A stretch of 64,000 nt of DNA from an uncultured Gammaproteobacteria bacterium (GTDB lineage: Bacteria; Patescibacteriota; Microgenomatia; Levybacterales; GWA1-39-11): contig CAYRUR010000001.1 in assembly GCA_964427615.1 (NCBI GenBank), forward strand, positions 50,425-114,424, read 5' to 3'. Below are positions 1 through 10,489 of the stretch, piece after piece. The notes below the pieces were generated by a model. It ran no database searches. It saw nothing but the letters and a program-made list of their open reading frames with translations, and was not told where the DNA came from. The position numbers and the translations under genes were made by a program. The first letter of the stretch is position 1, and each line of letters starts with the position of its first letter.

Positions 1-1020
1 TCTGAAAAAAACTTTGGCAATCTCTTTTTTTTAAGAGTGCTCATTACTATTGCTACCATCGGTCTTATTGCACTTATTACTCTTTTTCTCCCATCAGGAG
101 AGAAAGGCTATTCCCCTTTTGAAAAAATAGGAATTTTTCTTTTTTCTCTTACTCTTTTTACACAGTCATTTTTACTCAGTGTTAACGCCATTTTCCAAAA
201 GCATTTGCGCTACACATTACTGTTGATTCCGCAGAGTGTTGCTTTTGTGGCATTTCTCGTTGTGCTTGTGTTGGGAATCTTTTTTAAAAACACCTATCTA
301 CTTTTATCTGCCTACTTTATTTCAGGTGTTTTCTTTTGTCTGATAGCCTATCCTCTGGTTGTAAAGCAGTACCACATTTCTACACTTACTCATAATTTCG
401 TTTCGGTTTCGAAAAAACTTCTTATTTCTTCAGCTCCTTTAGGCATTATGCTTGCTTTTAACTTAGTCTACTTTCGCATCGATACCATTATTCTGGCTTT
501 GTATCATGAAAATACTGCAGTAGGAATCTATGGACTTTCATATAAATTTTTCGAATTTATAGTCGTTATCCCTACGTTTTTTGCCAACAGTATTTACCCA
601 GTGCTCCTGGCAAAACAGTCAAATCCTAAGGATTTTACCCAACACATCAAGTCCTATGCTTTTATCTTAGCAGGCGTTTCAGTGGTGTTTACCATAGCTG
701 TGCTTATTTTTGCTCCCTTTTTAGAGCTGATCCGTGAAGAGTTTGGTCAGTCAGTTCTGCCTTTGCAAATTCTTGCTTTTGCCTTCCCCCTCTTTTTTCT
801 AACAAGCCTTTTGCAGTGGGTGATGATTATTAACAATCAAAAGAAAAAACTACTCTTGATCTACTTTTTTTCGATGATTGTTAATGTTATTCTCAACCTT
901 ATCTTTATTCCCCAGTACAGCTACATTGCAGCTGCTATTACAACTGCCATTTCAGAACTGGTTGTGTTAGTATTAATACTGTTCTCGATTTTTGTATCGC
1001 TAAAAGCGAAATTTATTTGA
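1..1020 (+). CDS. Wzx/MOP-family polysaccharide flippase (5' partial)
   Basis: Multi-TM protein with YFRIDTIIL...AVGIYGLSYK and LNLIFIPQYSYIAAAI motifs; frame is open to the window start. Confidence 0.85.
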   Translation, partial: SEKNFGNLFFLRVLITIATIGLIALITLFLPSGEKGYSPFEKIGIFLFSLTLFTQSFLLSVNAIFQKHLRYTLLLIPQSVAFVAFLVVLVLGIFFKNTYLLLSAYFISGVFFCLIAYPLVVKQYHISTLTHNFVSVSKKLLISSAPLGIMLAFNLVYFRIDTIILALYHENTAVGIYGLSYKFFEFIVVIPTFFANSIYPVLLAKQSNPKDFTQHIKSYAFILAGVSVVFTIAVLIFAPFLELIREEFGQSVLPLQILAFAFPLFFLTSLLQWVMIINNQKKKLLLIYFFSMIVNVILNLIFIPQYSYIAAAITTAISELVVLVLILFSIFVSLKAKFI

Positions 1021-1036
1021 AACCAAATCATAAAGT

Positions 1037-1456
1037 ATGGAAATCATTTTTTACTCAGACGGAGGAGCACGAGGTAATCCAGGACCAGCAGCCTATGGGT
1101 TTTTAGTCTACCAAAAACCTGACGTGCTTTTGTACAAAGAAGGCAAGACATTAGGAAACAACACTAATAACGTGGCAGAATACACAGGAGTTTTGCAAGC
1201 ATTGACCTGGATAAAAAATAACATTAACACGCCTCTTGAGAAGATTACGGGCTATCTTGATTCAGAGTTGATTGTAAAACAACTCTCAGGAGAGTATCGG
1301 GTAAAAAATGACACGTTAAAAGAGCTCTTTGCAAACGTCAAACAACAAGAAGCTCACCTAGCTGTTCCTATCCGGTATATCCACGTTCCTCGTGCACAAA
1401 ACAAAGAAGCAGATGCCCTCGTAAATCAAGCATTGGATAACGCTCCTCACTTCTAG
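1037..1456 (+). CDS. rnhA: Ribonuclease HI family protein
   Basis: YSDGGARGNPGPAA, TNNVAEY, DSELIVKQ and NKEADALVN motifs. Confidence 0.92.
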   Translation: MEIIFYSDGGARGNPGPAAYGFLVYQKPDVLLYKEGKTLGNNTNNVAEYTGVLQALTWIKNNINTPLEKITGYLDSELIVKQLSGEYRVKNDTLKELFANVKQQEAHLAVPIRYIHVPRAQNKEADALVNQALDNAPHF

Positions 1457-1492
1457 ACAACGTGTCTGGCTTTGACTACAATTAAAACTACT

Positions 1493-4156
1493 ATGCCTGC
1501 TCCATTAACGATTGAATCCATAGAAAAACAGAATTCTATCCTTCTGCTATATGGCAATAACAATCCGCTGATTACTTATTTTCTCCAGCAAAACAGCAAG
1601 CCTGATAAGATCATTTTAGTTTCCCCAGATAACATAGCTGCTCTTAAAACAGAGGATATTATTCAGATTGATCCTCAATCTGCTTATTTGGTTACTAAGC
1701 TTGAAGAACAGATCAATTACGCGCTTCTTTTTTTTACTGGTGAAAAAGACAAACCAGCTCTTGCTTCTTTACTGGAAAAACTAAAAAAAGACCGGGTAAA
1801 AACAGTCCTTATTATTCCGGTTGACCTTCTGCCTCAAGCAGCAGATATCCTCTCAGTAGCAAAAGAAGCAAAGAGTACCATCGTTATTTTAGGAGATATG
1901 TTTAATGCTCCTTCTTTTATAGATAACAACGCACTCTCAAACATCATGCAGCAAGCACTAGCTCAAAAAACAGTATACTTGACGGGAAATGACCTTTATC
2001 CCCTGTTTCCCATTTCATTTGCAGACGCCATTACAGGACTCAAGTACCTGCTCTACAGTTCACATACCAAAGCTTCTTCTTTTTACTTTTTTTACCAACA
2101 CCCTCAAACCATTATTTCTGCCGTACATTTGATAAAAAGAGTAGAGCCTGAATTAGAAGTAAAGCTAGAAGAAAAAAAAGAGCAAAGGACACCACGTATC
2201 ACCCGAGAAGAGGCAACTACACACCTTGCGCTAAGCAACCTAAAACCCACCTACCTTGATCACCTTTTTAAAGGATTTGAAAAAAGTATCCAAGAAATAG
2301 GACCAACAGTACAGAGTATTATCACTCCAGAAAAAAAACAGGAGAAAAGAGTATTACCCAACGCCATACAAAGCATTCCCCGTTTTCCGTTTTTAAAAAT
2401 AGGGGTTGTTGCTTTTTTGCTTTTTTTTATCCTTAACATGACTTTTTTTATCGGAGGCATTCTCTCAGCTCAACGTGCCCAAACTGCTTTACAAAAACAA
2501 AATACTACTCAAGCTATCACAGCACTTAACCAAGCCCAGATCTTACTGCGTTTATCCCTTCCTTTTATCTACCAAGTCTCATCTCTTCCTTTTCCTCATA
2601 CTATCCACACGGCGATTGAAGGAAAAACGTATGTGCTTTCTCTAGCAGAAGATATTCTTAACAACACAACGGAGCTTGTACAGGCAACAGAGCAGTATAC
2701 CCTTAAAAACCCACCGGCTCTTGAGGCGCTACTCTCACACCTCTCGCAAATTACATATATCTACTTTAAAACGGTTGAGTTAAGTAACTCTGGACAAGAT
2801 GTGCCTGATTTACTTTCGCAAAATGCTTCTCTTTTTGCTTTTTCATCTGTAGCACCTGACATCTTAGGCTACACCTCTGAAAAAAACTATCTACTGTTAT
2901 TTCAAAACAACGGAGAACTAAGACCTACCGGAGGATTTATCGGCTCAATTGGAGAACTAACCCTTAACAAAGGCAAAATAGAGCAGTTAAGCATCAAAGA
3001 CGTCTATGATGTAGATGGACAGCTAAAAACCCATGTGGAGCCTTCTTATGTGATAAGAAGGTATCTGCAACCCCACCTTTACTTGCGAGACAGCAACTTT
3101 TCACTTGATTTCCAAAATGCAGCTTCTACTTCTGCACTTCTTTACAAACTATCAACTGGTAAAGAAGTTGATGGCGTTATTGCCATTGATTATGAAGTAT
3201 TAAAAGAAATTATTGCCTCTATTGGTCCTCTTAACTTGGCTGATTATCAAAAAACCCTTACCAAAGACAACGCTTTTGATTTTATCCATAACACCATAGA
3301 AAGCACTTTTTTTCCTGGTTCAACCCAGAAGAAAGACTTGTTAACAGCAGTTATGAATCAAATTATTATCAAGCTTGAAACAGATAAAAATGCTGCTTCA
3401 AAACTCGTAACCCTTTTACCAAAACTGATGGAAGAAAAACATTTGCTCTTTGCTTTTAGAGATGAAAGTGTCCAAAGTCTTTTTACCACATTGGGATATG
3501 CAGGTACTTTCTCAGATACAAGAATGAAAGAAAAGGGAGTAGTACAAGACATCTTTGCTATCAACGAAGCCAATATTGGAGTAAATAAAGCAAATACCCA
3601 TATAAAACGCTCGGTAACCTACAATGCCTCTATCCAAAAAGAAGCTCTCGTTTCAGATGCTACTATTTCACTGGCCAACACTGGGCAACAGGAAAATTAC
3701 CAAGTCTACTTACGGATTATTACCCCTGAAAACAGCCAACTCCAATCAGTCACTATTGATGGAGTAGCACAAAAAATAACCCCTGCAATTACTGACCCTG
3801 CCGAGTATGAGTCGCCTCGATTTAAAAAACCCGTAGAACTAGAGCTTGATACAACCCATGCTACTACTTATACTGCGTATGGATTTATAACCACGGTTGC
3901 TAAAAACACTATCCAAAAAATAAGAGTGACTTACGCTTCACCGCTTACTGACTCTTCTTTCTCTCAATACTCACTGCTTGTTATTAAACAACCCGGAATT
4001 ACCAGTATGCCGTTTACATTACAACTCCATTATCCGCCAGAATTAAAAGTAGAGAATAGCACACACACTATTTTAGGAAGTAGTCAAGTAAGCCAACAGC
4101 AGGAGATTGTAAAGGATACTCTCTTTAAGTTCAGCTTTTCTAAAAGAGAGAACTAG
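1493..4156 (+). CDS. DUF4012 domain membrane protein with N-terminal degenerate SDR/epimerase-like region
   Basis: YLLLFQNNGELRPTGGFIGS, LRDSNFSLDF, VDGVIAID and NIGVNKAN motifs; central TM segment; start taken at the ATG. Confidence 0.8.
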   Translation: MPAPLTIESIEKQNSILLLYGNNNPLITYFLQQNSKPDKIILVSPDNIAALKTEDIIQIDPQSAYLVTKLEEQINYALLFFTGEKDKPALASLLEKLKKDRVKTVLIIPVDLLPQAADILSVAKEAKSTIVILGDMFNAPSFIDNNALSNIMQQALAQKTVYLTGNDLYPLFPISFADAITGLKYLLYSSHTKASSFYFFYQHPQTIISAVHLIKRVEPELEVKLEEKKEQRTPRITREEATTHLALSNLKPTYLDHLFKGFEKSIQEIGPTVQSIITPEKKQEKRVLPNAIQSIPRFPFLKIGVVAFLLFFILNMTFFIGGILSAQRAQTALQKQNTTQAITALNQAQILLRLSLPFIYQVSSLPFPHTIHTAIEGKTYVLSLAEDILNNTTELVQATEQYTLKNPPALEALLSHLSQITYIYFKTVELSNSGQDVPDLLSQNASLFAFSSVAPDILGYTSEKNYLLLFQNNGELRPTGGFIGSIGELTLNKGKIEQLSIKDVYDVDGQLKTHVEPSYVIRRYLQPHLYLRDSNFSLDFQNAASTSALLYKLSTGKEVDGVIAIDYEVLKEIIASIGPLNLADYQKTLTKDNAFDFIHNTIESTFFPGSTQKKDLLTAVMNQIIIKLETDKNAASKLVTLLPKLMEEKHLLFAFRDESVQSLFTTLGYAGTFSDTRMKEKGVVQDIFAINEANIGVNKANTHIKRSVTYNASIQKEALVSDATISLANTGQQENYQVYLRIITPENSQLQSVTIDGVAQKITPAITDPAEYESPRFKKPVELELDTTHATTYTAYGFITTVAKNTIQKIRVTYASPLTDSSFSQYSLLVIKQPGITSMPFTLQLHYPPELKVENSTHTILGSSQVSQQQEIVKDTLFKFSFSKREN

Positions 4157-5163
4157 TCCGTAAACTCCTGCACAAACATCTTGCCATATACTCCCGCATC
4201 AACCACACCAATACCAACATTGTGGTAAAGAGAAGAAAGAATATTTTCCCGATGTCCTTTACTTTTCATCAACCCTTGCATAGCAATACGGGTATCAGGA
4301 GCAAGCGCCAAATTTTCTCCCGCAGCAATATAGGAAATACCTGCTGCTTCCAGACGATCAAAAGGTGAGTAGCCTTCTAAAGAGTAGTGAGAAAAATACT
4401 GCCGTTCGAGCATGTCAAACGCATAGGTACGAGCCACTTCTGCAAGCTCTTCATCAAACACTAATCGAGAAAGTCCTCTTTTTTCCCGCTCTTGATTTAT
4501 AAGCATTAGCATTGCTTGTTCTGCATTTTTGTCAACAGAAAGATCCTGAGCTTTAAAATGTAAATAGACTGTTTCCTCAGACTCTGGTTTTATGGTTAAA
4601 AAGTTAAGTGTCTCCTCAATAGCTCCTCCAAAAACCTGCTTTACATTTGTCTCAATGACTGATGTTCTAGCTATCAAAAACCCAGCAGCTGAAGAATTAA
4701 CCAGCTTTTCTTTCACTCCCTTGGCAATCGGAAAAGAGAGTAAAAGAGAAAAGAAAAAAGAGGCAAAAAATAAATAAGAAAGCACACCAAAAAAAGCTCC
4801 TCCTAAAAAATCAACTCTTCTGTCTAAAAAAAGAGGGGGTAGAACCTTATAAAACAATGAAAAAAGGATTTTAATAATGATCCAAGAAAGGCTTGCTACC
4901 AACAAAAAACTAAGTGCATCTGCCAACCCTTTTGACAGAGAAAAGGTTCCAGATAAAACTCCAGCTACATAACTATAAAAAGTAATGCCTATTAAAAAGG
5001 ATAAGACCACAGTGATAAAGTGCAAAACAGCAGAAAGTATCCCATTTGAGCCTTCTTCTAACACATAAAAAAAGAACAGTAGAAAAAAAACAATATCAAA
5101 GATATTTGCTGGAAGAGACAGAAAAAAATCTCTTACCTTTACCACTGATTCAAGAGGAGTCAT
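4153..5163 (-). CDS. CvpA-family membrane protein fused to a CAP/SCP domain
   Basis: N-terminal TM helices; C-terminal INQER...YFSH...GENLA...SKGHRENIL. Confidence 0.85.
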   Translation of the reverse strand: MTPLESVVKVRDFFLSLPANIFDIVFFLLFFFYVLEEGSNGILSAVLHFITVVLSFLIGITFYSYVAGVLSGTFSLSKGLADALSFLLVASLSWIIIKILFSLFYKVLPPLFLDRRVDFLGGAFFGVLSYLFFASFFFSLLLSFPIAKGVKEKLVNSSAAGFLIARTSVIETNVKQVFGGAIEETLNFLTIKPESEETVYLHFKAQDLSVDKNAEQAMLMLINQEREKRGLSRLVFDEELAEVARTYAFDMLERQYFSHYSLEGYSPFDRLEAAGISYIAAGENLALAPDTRIAMQGLMKSKGHRENILSSLYHNVGIGVVDAGVYGKMFVQEFTD

Positions 5164-5223
5164 ACTATCTATGATATAATAATTGACACCTAAAATACAT
5201 TTATCAGTTCTTTAGATGAAGTT

Positions 5224-7407
5224 ATGAAAAAGGCAAAACGTATCCTCAATAAGTCCATTAAAATTGTATTTACCCCTAAAAAAATTCTCTTTTTAACACT
5301 GGTAGTAGGACTGATAGTAGGCAGTTATTTTTTTGTATTAAAAGACATTCCTGATGCTACTCAAATTGCCAAAAGCAACTATCCCCAATCCACTAAAATC
5401 TTGGATAGAAACGGAAAATTACTGTACACCATTTACGGCAATCGAAATCAGTCATTTGTACCTTTGACAAAAATTCCAAAGCATGTACAGCATGCCACCA
5501 TTGCTATTGAGGATAAAGATTTTTATCACCATGGTGCAATTGACATCCAAGGCATCGCCAGAGCAGCTTACTCGACACTCGTCAAACGGGATATTCAGGG
5601 TGGATCTACACTTACGCAGCAATTGGTTAAAAGCTCTCTATTAACACCAGAGCAAACGATTACTCGTAAAGTAAAAGAGATCATCCTTTCCTATATCGTA
5701 GAGGCTATTTATAGCAAAGATAAAGTCTTGGAGATGTACCTTAACCAAGTACCATATGGAGGAACTGCCTACGGCGTACAAGCAGCCAGTGAACTGTATT
5801 TTGGCAAATCAGTAGGATCACTCACTTTGGCAGAAAGTGCTTTTATAGCAGCACTTCCACAAGCACCCAGCGTCTTCTCTCCTTTTGGCTCTCATCCAGA
5901 ACTTGGTAAAAAACGGCAAGAAGAAGTCTTGACCAAAATGAGAGAGCAAGGTTATATCACTAAAAAAGAAGAGCAGGAAGCAAAAGAAGCAAAACTTACT
6001 TTTTCTCAAATCCAAAATAAAATTTTAGCCCCTCACTTTGTTTTTTATGTTAAAGACTTATTAGTACAAAAATATGGACAACGGTTAGTAGAAGAGGGAG
6101 GTCTGACTGTAAAAACCACCCTTGATTACTCCTTGCAGGAGTTTGCTGAGCAAGCAGTTGCTAGCGAAGTAGCTTCCCTTGCCAAAGCGCATGTTACCAA
6201 TGGAGCAGCCGTAGTTACTAATCCAGCCAGTGGAGAAATTTTAGCCATGGTTGGCAGTAAAAATTACTTTGACGCAGAACACGACGGCAATGTAAATGTA
6301 ACCATTGCCAAACGCCAACCGGGTTCATCTATCAAACCGATTAACTATGCAGTAGGACTTATAAAAGGCTATACTGCGGCCACTCCCTTTGTTGATACCA
6401 AAACGTGTTTTCCTAACCAAGGCGGACAAACATACTGTCCCCAGAACTATGATTTTAAGTTTCATGGAGTAGTACAAATGAGACAATCGCTGGCAAGCTC
6501 TTTAAATATTCCGGCTGTTAAAATGCTCAAACTCAATGGACTTGATGCCATGATTGCCACTTCCAGTGCTATGGGCATTGAAACGTTTACCAACCCTGAA
6601 AAATACGGACTTTCTCTAACCCTGGGTGGGGCAGAGGTAACTATGCTTGATATGGCTGAGGCATTTGGGGTCTTTGCCAACTCAGGATACCGTTCCGATA
6701 TCCACTCTATTTTAAAAGTAACAGATAAAAAAGGGGATATTCTTGAATCTTACGACCCACCTAAGAGCCCTATTTTTGGTAAAAAAGTACTCCCAGAAGG
6801 AGTAGCTTTTATCATCTCTGATATGCTCTCAGACAACAGCGCCCGCAGCCTTGCTTTTGGCACCAACTCTCCCTTACAAATTGGACAGTACAAAATTCCG
6901 GTTAAAACAGGAACTACTAATGACTACCGAGATAACTGGACTATTGGCTACACGCCAGAATACGTAGTAACTGTCTGGGTAGGCAACAACGATAACTCTG
7001 CTATGCAAGGTGTTGTCTCAGGTATTACAGGTGCTGCTCCTATCTGGCATGATATTATGCAACACTTAACTGAAAAAAACCCTCCTTCCCAAATTAAAAA
7101 ACCTGCTAATGTGGTTGGTGCCACCATCTGTGCCACCTCAGGACTTCTACCTCAGCCAGAAGGCTCACCGTATCGTTGTCCAACTCGATTTGAGTACTTT
7201 ATCAAAGGAACAGTTCCAAATAAAGTTGATTCAGGCAAAATGAAATTCTTTATAGATACAACCAACAACAGTGTCGTAAAAGAGAAAACGAGTGACAAAG
7301 TTATTGAAAGTGAAGAGGCAGTAGTTATGGATCCATTAGGGAGCACCTACTGTGTCACCTGCGCTGCTCCTGTAAAAGAAGAGGATAATGCTAATAAGCC
7401 TCAGTAG
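5224..7407 (+). CDS. Class A penicillin-binding protein (transglycosylase/transpeptidase)
   Basis: EDKDFYHHG, GGSTLTQQLVK, RKVKE, SSIK (SxxK), SLN and KTGT motifs. Confidence 0.93.
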   Translation: MKKAKRILNKSIKIVFTPKKILFLTLVVGLIVGSYFFVLKDIPDATQIAKSNYPQSTKILDRNGKLLYTIYGNRNQSFVPLTKIPKHVQHATIAIEDKDFYHHGAIDIQGIARAAYSTLVKRDIQGGSTLTQQLVKSSLLTPEQTITRKVKEIILSYIVEAIYSKDKVLEMYLNQVPYGGTAYGVQAASELYFGKSVGSLTLAESAFIAALPQAPSVFSPFGSHPELGKKRQEEVLTKMREQGYITKKEEQEAKEAKLTFSQIQNKILAPHFVFYVKDLLVQKYGQRLVEEGGLTVKTTLDYSLQEFAEQAVASEVASLAKAHVTNGAAVVTNPASGEILAMVGSKNYFDAEHDGNVNVTIAKRQPGSSIKPINYAVGLIKGYTAATPFVDTKTCFPNQGGQTYCPQNYDFKFHGVVQMRQSLASSLNIPAVKMLKLNGLDAMIATSSAMGIETFTNPEKYGLSLTLGGAEVTMLDMAEAFGVFANSGYRSDIHSILKVTDKKGDILESYDPPKSPIFGKKVLPEGVAFIISDMLSDNSARSLAFGTNSPLQIGQYKIPVKTGTTNDYRDNWTIGYTPEYVVTVWVGNNDNSAMQGVVSGITGAAPIWHDIMQHLTEKNPPSQIKKPANVVGATICATSGLLPQPEGSPYRCPTRFEYFIKGTVPNKVDSGKMKFFIDTTNNSVVKEKTSDKVIESEEAVVMDPLGSTYCVTCAAPVKEEDNANKPQ

Positions 7408-8693
7408 ACTTCCTTTTCTAAATTCGTCCACGCAAGGCCCATTATTGTGGCAAATAAGAACTGTCCTTGCTGCAGGGTGAGCAAGAAGTGGTCAAAACAT
7501 CCAATGACAAGCATACTCACAAAAAGAAACATAACAACTCTATAAAATGCACGGATATGAGCATCATTTTCTACACTCATTAATCCATACAAACGCATGC
7601 CTGTCTTAAAAAGAAAGTAGAGAAAAAGCAGGAGTCCCAACACCCCTACCTGTACTAACACGAGTAAGAAGATGTTATGCACTGGCTGTAGAAAAGTAGC
7701 CGTAACTTCTTTTTGCAGAGTAGATTCATAATAGAAAAAGTTAAGCAAGCCTACGCCAAAAAGAAAGTGCGAAGAAATAATATCTAAAAATACGGCTATC
7801 AAATCAAACCGAAATAAGCTGTCTCGCAGCAATAAAGCACTATTGAAAAACCGATTAGCGTATATTCCAAAATAGAGGAGTAAACTACCTACAATAGGTA
7901 AAATAATCGGCATTCTCCTTTTTTTTATCAAAAAATAACCCAGACAGAAAAAAAATAACAGCACAACTACCCGAGAAAAAGTCAGTAACAAAGCACTTCC
8001 TGAGAGAAAAAGAATAAGCGTAAAAAAGACTTTATCAACCCTCTGCTTTACTAAAAAGAATTGAAATAAAGCAAAAGTAAAGGTTACAAAAAGAAAAAAC
8101 GCCAAAACATTAGGATGGGGAAATGAGGCGTAGGGCCGCAATAAAACGTGTTCACCAGTACTAAAAACAGCAATATGAGGTGTTGAAGCAGTAAAGACAC
8201 GTTCTCCTAAAAAATAAAAAATACCCCCTACATTTCTTTGTAGTGCAAATTGTACAAAAGCTAACAGAGAAGAAAAAAGAGCTCCCCAGGCAAGTATTTC
8301 GATAAAAGGAGTAATGTCTTTACGTTGAAAATACTGAGCTATATACCAACCAAAAAAGGAGAATTCAGCTACTTTGATAAGTCCATAGAATGCAGCCAAC
8401 GGTTGAAAAGCAAAAAAAGTAGAGAGCAAAAGAATACACAACCCAAAGATTACTAATTTTTTACTGGCAAAACGCACAATAAAGTCTTGAAGTATTGTCT
8501 TTTGATAGGCTCTTCTTAAAAAAAGACAGAAAAGAAAAAAAATAAGAATATCAGTTATGTAAACGGTAGGAGAAAGATAATCTACCCTGATTCCTTCGAC
8601 ATAAGAAAAAGAGGGCCAAAAGTGTTTTCCAAGCTGACTAATGAAAAAAAAGATGGTTAAAAAGAAGATTCCGCGTTCGAGTCTTGCAATCAC
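7401..8693 (-). CDS. O-antigen ligase/Wzy-like membrane protein
   Basis: RPYASFPHPNVLA, LTFSR and QPVHNIFLL motifs; many TM helices. Confidence 0.82.
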   Translation of the reverse strand: MIARLERGIFFLTIFFFISQLGKHFWPSFSYVEGIRVDYLSPTVYITDILIFFLFCLFLRRAYQKTILQDFIVRFASKKLVIFGLCILLLSTFFAFQPLAAFYGLIKVAEFSFFGWYIAQYFQRKDITPFIEILAWGALFSSLLAFVQFALQRNVGGIFYFLGERVFTASTPHIAVFSTGEHVLLRPYASFPHPNVLAFFLFVTFTFALFQFFLVKQRVDKVFFTLILFLSGSALLLTFSRVVVLLFFFCLGYFLIKKRRMPIILPIVGSLLLYFGIYANRFFNSALLLRDSLFRFDLIAVFLDIISSHFLFGVGLLNFFYYESTLQKEVTATFLQPVHNIFLLVLVQVGVLGLLLFLYFLFKTGMRLYGLMSVENDAHIRAFYRVVMFLFVSMLVIGCFDHFLLTLQQGQFLFATIMGLAWTNLEKEVY

Positions 8694-9136
8694 TTTTTCT
8701 TAATGACTAATACTCTGTCTCTACCTTCACCCTCTGATTCAGTTACGACTTCGCTATCCTCTGCCAAACACATATGCACAAACCGTCTTTCCCAAGGCTT
8801 TAATCCTCTAATCGTTTTGCTTGTTGATCCTTCAACGACCTCGTCTCTTAATCTATTTGCCAGATCTTTTAAGTATTCTTCGCGCTCTTTGCGATAATCA
8901 CCAACCTCAACCACAATACGTTCAAAATCACCTAGTTTTTGAACAACCATGAGTGAGAGAATATGCTCAAAAGAAGTAAGCGTATTACCATGCTTTCCGA
9001 TAAGCAGGGCATTATCAGGAGTATTCAAAGAAAGAGCGTAGAACCCATCTTCTTCTTTTATCTCGATTTCTGCTTCAAAACCGATAGTAGCTAAAAGCTC
9101 TTCTGCTGTTGTACGAATTGTATCTATTTTATCCAT
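8690..9136 (-). CDS. jag: Jag/KhpB RNA-binding protein (KH + R3H, no Jag_N)
   Basis: LIGKHGNTL (KH) and ERRFVH...SEGEGRDR (R3H); downstream of yidC. Confidence 0.88.
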   Translation of the reverse strand: MDKIDTIRTTAEELLATIGFEAEIEIKEEDGFYALSLNTPDNALLIGKHGNTLTSFEHILSLMVVQKLGDFERIVVEVGDYRKEREEYLKDLANRLRDEVVEGSTSKTIRGLKPWERRFVHMCLAEDSEVVTESEGEGRDRVLVIKKK

Positions 9137-9941
9137 TTTTGCGAATTTTTTGTATCCAGGGCTCAAGACCTCCAGGCCCAGCCAACTGATATTGCTGCAG
9201 TATACCAAAAATTGTAAAAGTATTCCAGTACAAAGAAAGCCCAAAAGGAAGGGTGAAAGAGAAAAAGCCAATCATAACCGGAAATATAAATAGCGATTGT
9301 GCTTGAAATGCACTTTGAAAGTCCTCTTTTTTCTTCTTATCTTTCTTTTTATTCACGACAGGAAGCATCATCTTTGAAAGCACAAACTGAAAAAGTCCAG
9401 TTAGTACGGGGACTAAAACAATAAGAGGAAGAGTTGTGATTACTTGTGAAGGACTCTGCGAAAGTGAAATACCAAAAAAGCTACTGTCCCACACTTGCTG
9501 TATTCTTAAAAAATCAAAATATAACACATTGTTAATACTGCTTATTTTTTCGGGAGTGTTAGCAGCTACCACAGTGGTGAGTACATGATACAAACTCCAA
9601 ATAATAGGGATTTGAATCAGTACTGGCAAACATCCACTCACGGGATTTACCCCATGCTCTTTGTAAAGACGCATGATCTCTGCCTGTTGTTTACGCGCAT
9701 CTGATTTGTGTTTTTCGCGAACTTTGGCGATATGTGGTGCAACTGTCTGCATTTTAACCGCTGATTTTATCTGAGCTGAAACAAAAGGATAGACCAAAAG
9801 GCGGATAAATACCGTCATGACAATAATAGAAAAGCCTAAGGCATACGGAATATGTAATGACTGGAGAGCGTAGAAAAATAACACGAGTAAATTCGTGATG
9901 GGATTAAAAAAAAGTACCGCCAAAATATTTCCAATATCCAT
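9129..9941 (-). CDS. yidC: Membrane protein insertase YidC
   Basis: LYKEHGVNPVSGCLPVLIQIPI and GLSLYW motifs; conserved operon context. Confidence 0.93.
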   Translation of the reverse strand: MDIGNILAVLFFNPITNLLVLFFYALQSLHIPYALGFSIIVMTVFIRLLVYPFVSAQIKSAVKMQTVAPHIAKVREKHKSDARKQQAEIMRLYKEHGVNPVSGCLPVLIQIPIIWSLYHVLTTVVAANTPEKISSINNVLYFDFLRIQQVWDSSFFGISLSQSPSQVITTLPLIVLVPVLTGLFQFVLSKMMLPVVNKKKDKKKKEDFQSAFQAQSLFIFPVMIGFFSFTLPFGLSLYWNTFTIFGILQQYQLAGPGGLEPWIQKIRKNG

Positions 9942-9944
9942 AAT

Positions 9945-10280
9945 TTATTCTCTCAGTAACACACCTGCTTTTTCAAGTGATCTTATCATTTCCTGCTGTA
10001 TATCATCAACTGTTACTTCATGCACCTGTTTTTTTAGAAAAAAAACAAGATTATAAGAGCCAACAGTATATTTTTTTAGTATTTCTTGTAAAGCATGAGC
10101 AGCTCTTCTTTTTAGTTTATTCCTGACTACAGCGCGTTTATCAACTTTTTTTCCTACTACAATTGCACACTGTGTTCTAAACAACGTATTCTTACTGTAA
10201 CGTAGAGTAAAAAGAGGTGTTGCGATTACATATTTGGGTAAACCCCGACGAAATGAGTAACGACTTTCTCTAGTAAGCAT
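9945..10280 (-). CDS. rnpA: RNase P protein component
   Basis: KKVDKRAVVRNKLKRR (RNR motif); lies between rpmH and yidC. Confidence 0.9.
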   Translation of the reverse strand: MLTRESRYSFRRGLPKYVIATPLFTLRYSKNTLFRTQCAIVVGKKVDKRAVVRNKLKRRAAHALQEILKKYTVGSYNLVFFLKKQVHEVTVDDIQQEMIRSLEKAGVLLRE

Positions 10281-10286
10281 GCTTTT

Positions 10287-10427
10287 CTAGGCAACGGAAA
10301 GTCTTTTTCTTCCCTTAGCTCTTCGCGCTTTTAGTACCTTTCTTCCAGCAGCAGTAGCTAACCGATGCAAAAATCCATGCTTGCGAAGGTGCTTCTTTTT
10401 ACTGTTTTTTGTTAGTTTTTCAGCCAT
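10287..10427 (-). CDS. rpmH: 50S ribosomal protein L34 (not in the ORF track)
   Basis: Translated by hand: [46 protein letters not shown]. Confidence 0.92.
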   Translation of the reverse strand: MAEKLTKNSKKKHLRKHGFLHRLATAAGRKVLKARRAKGRKRLSVA

Positions 10428-10489
10428 AGGATGTAATGATAGCAAATTAATAGGCAGAACTCAAGTACAAAAAGAGAGGTGAGAATATT

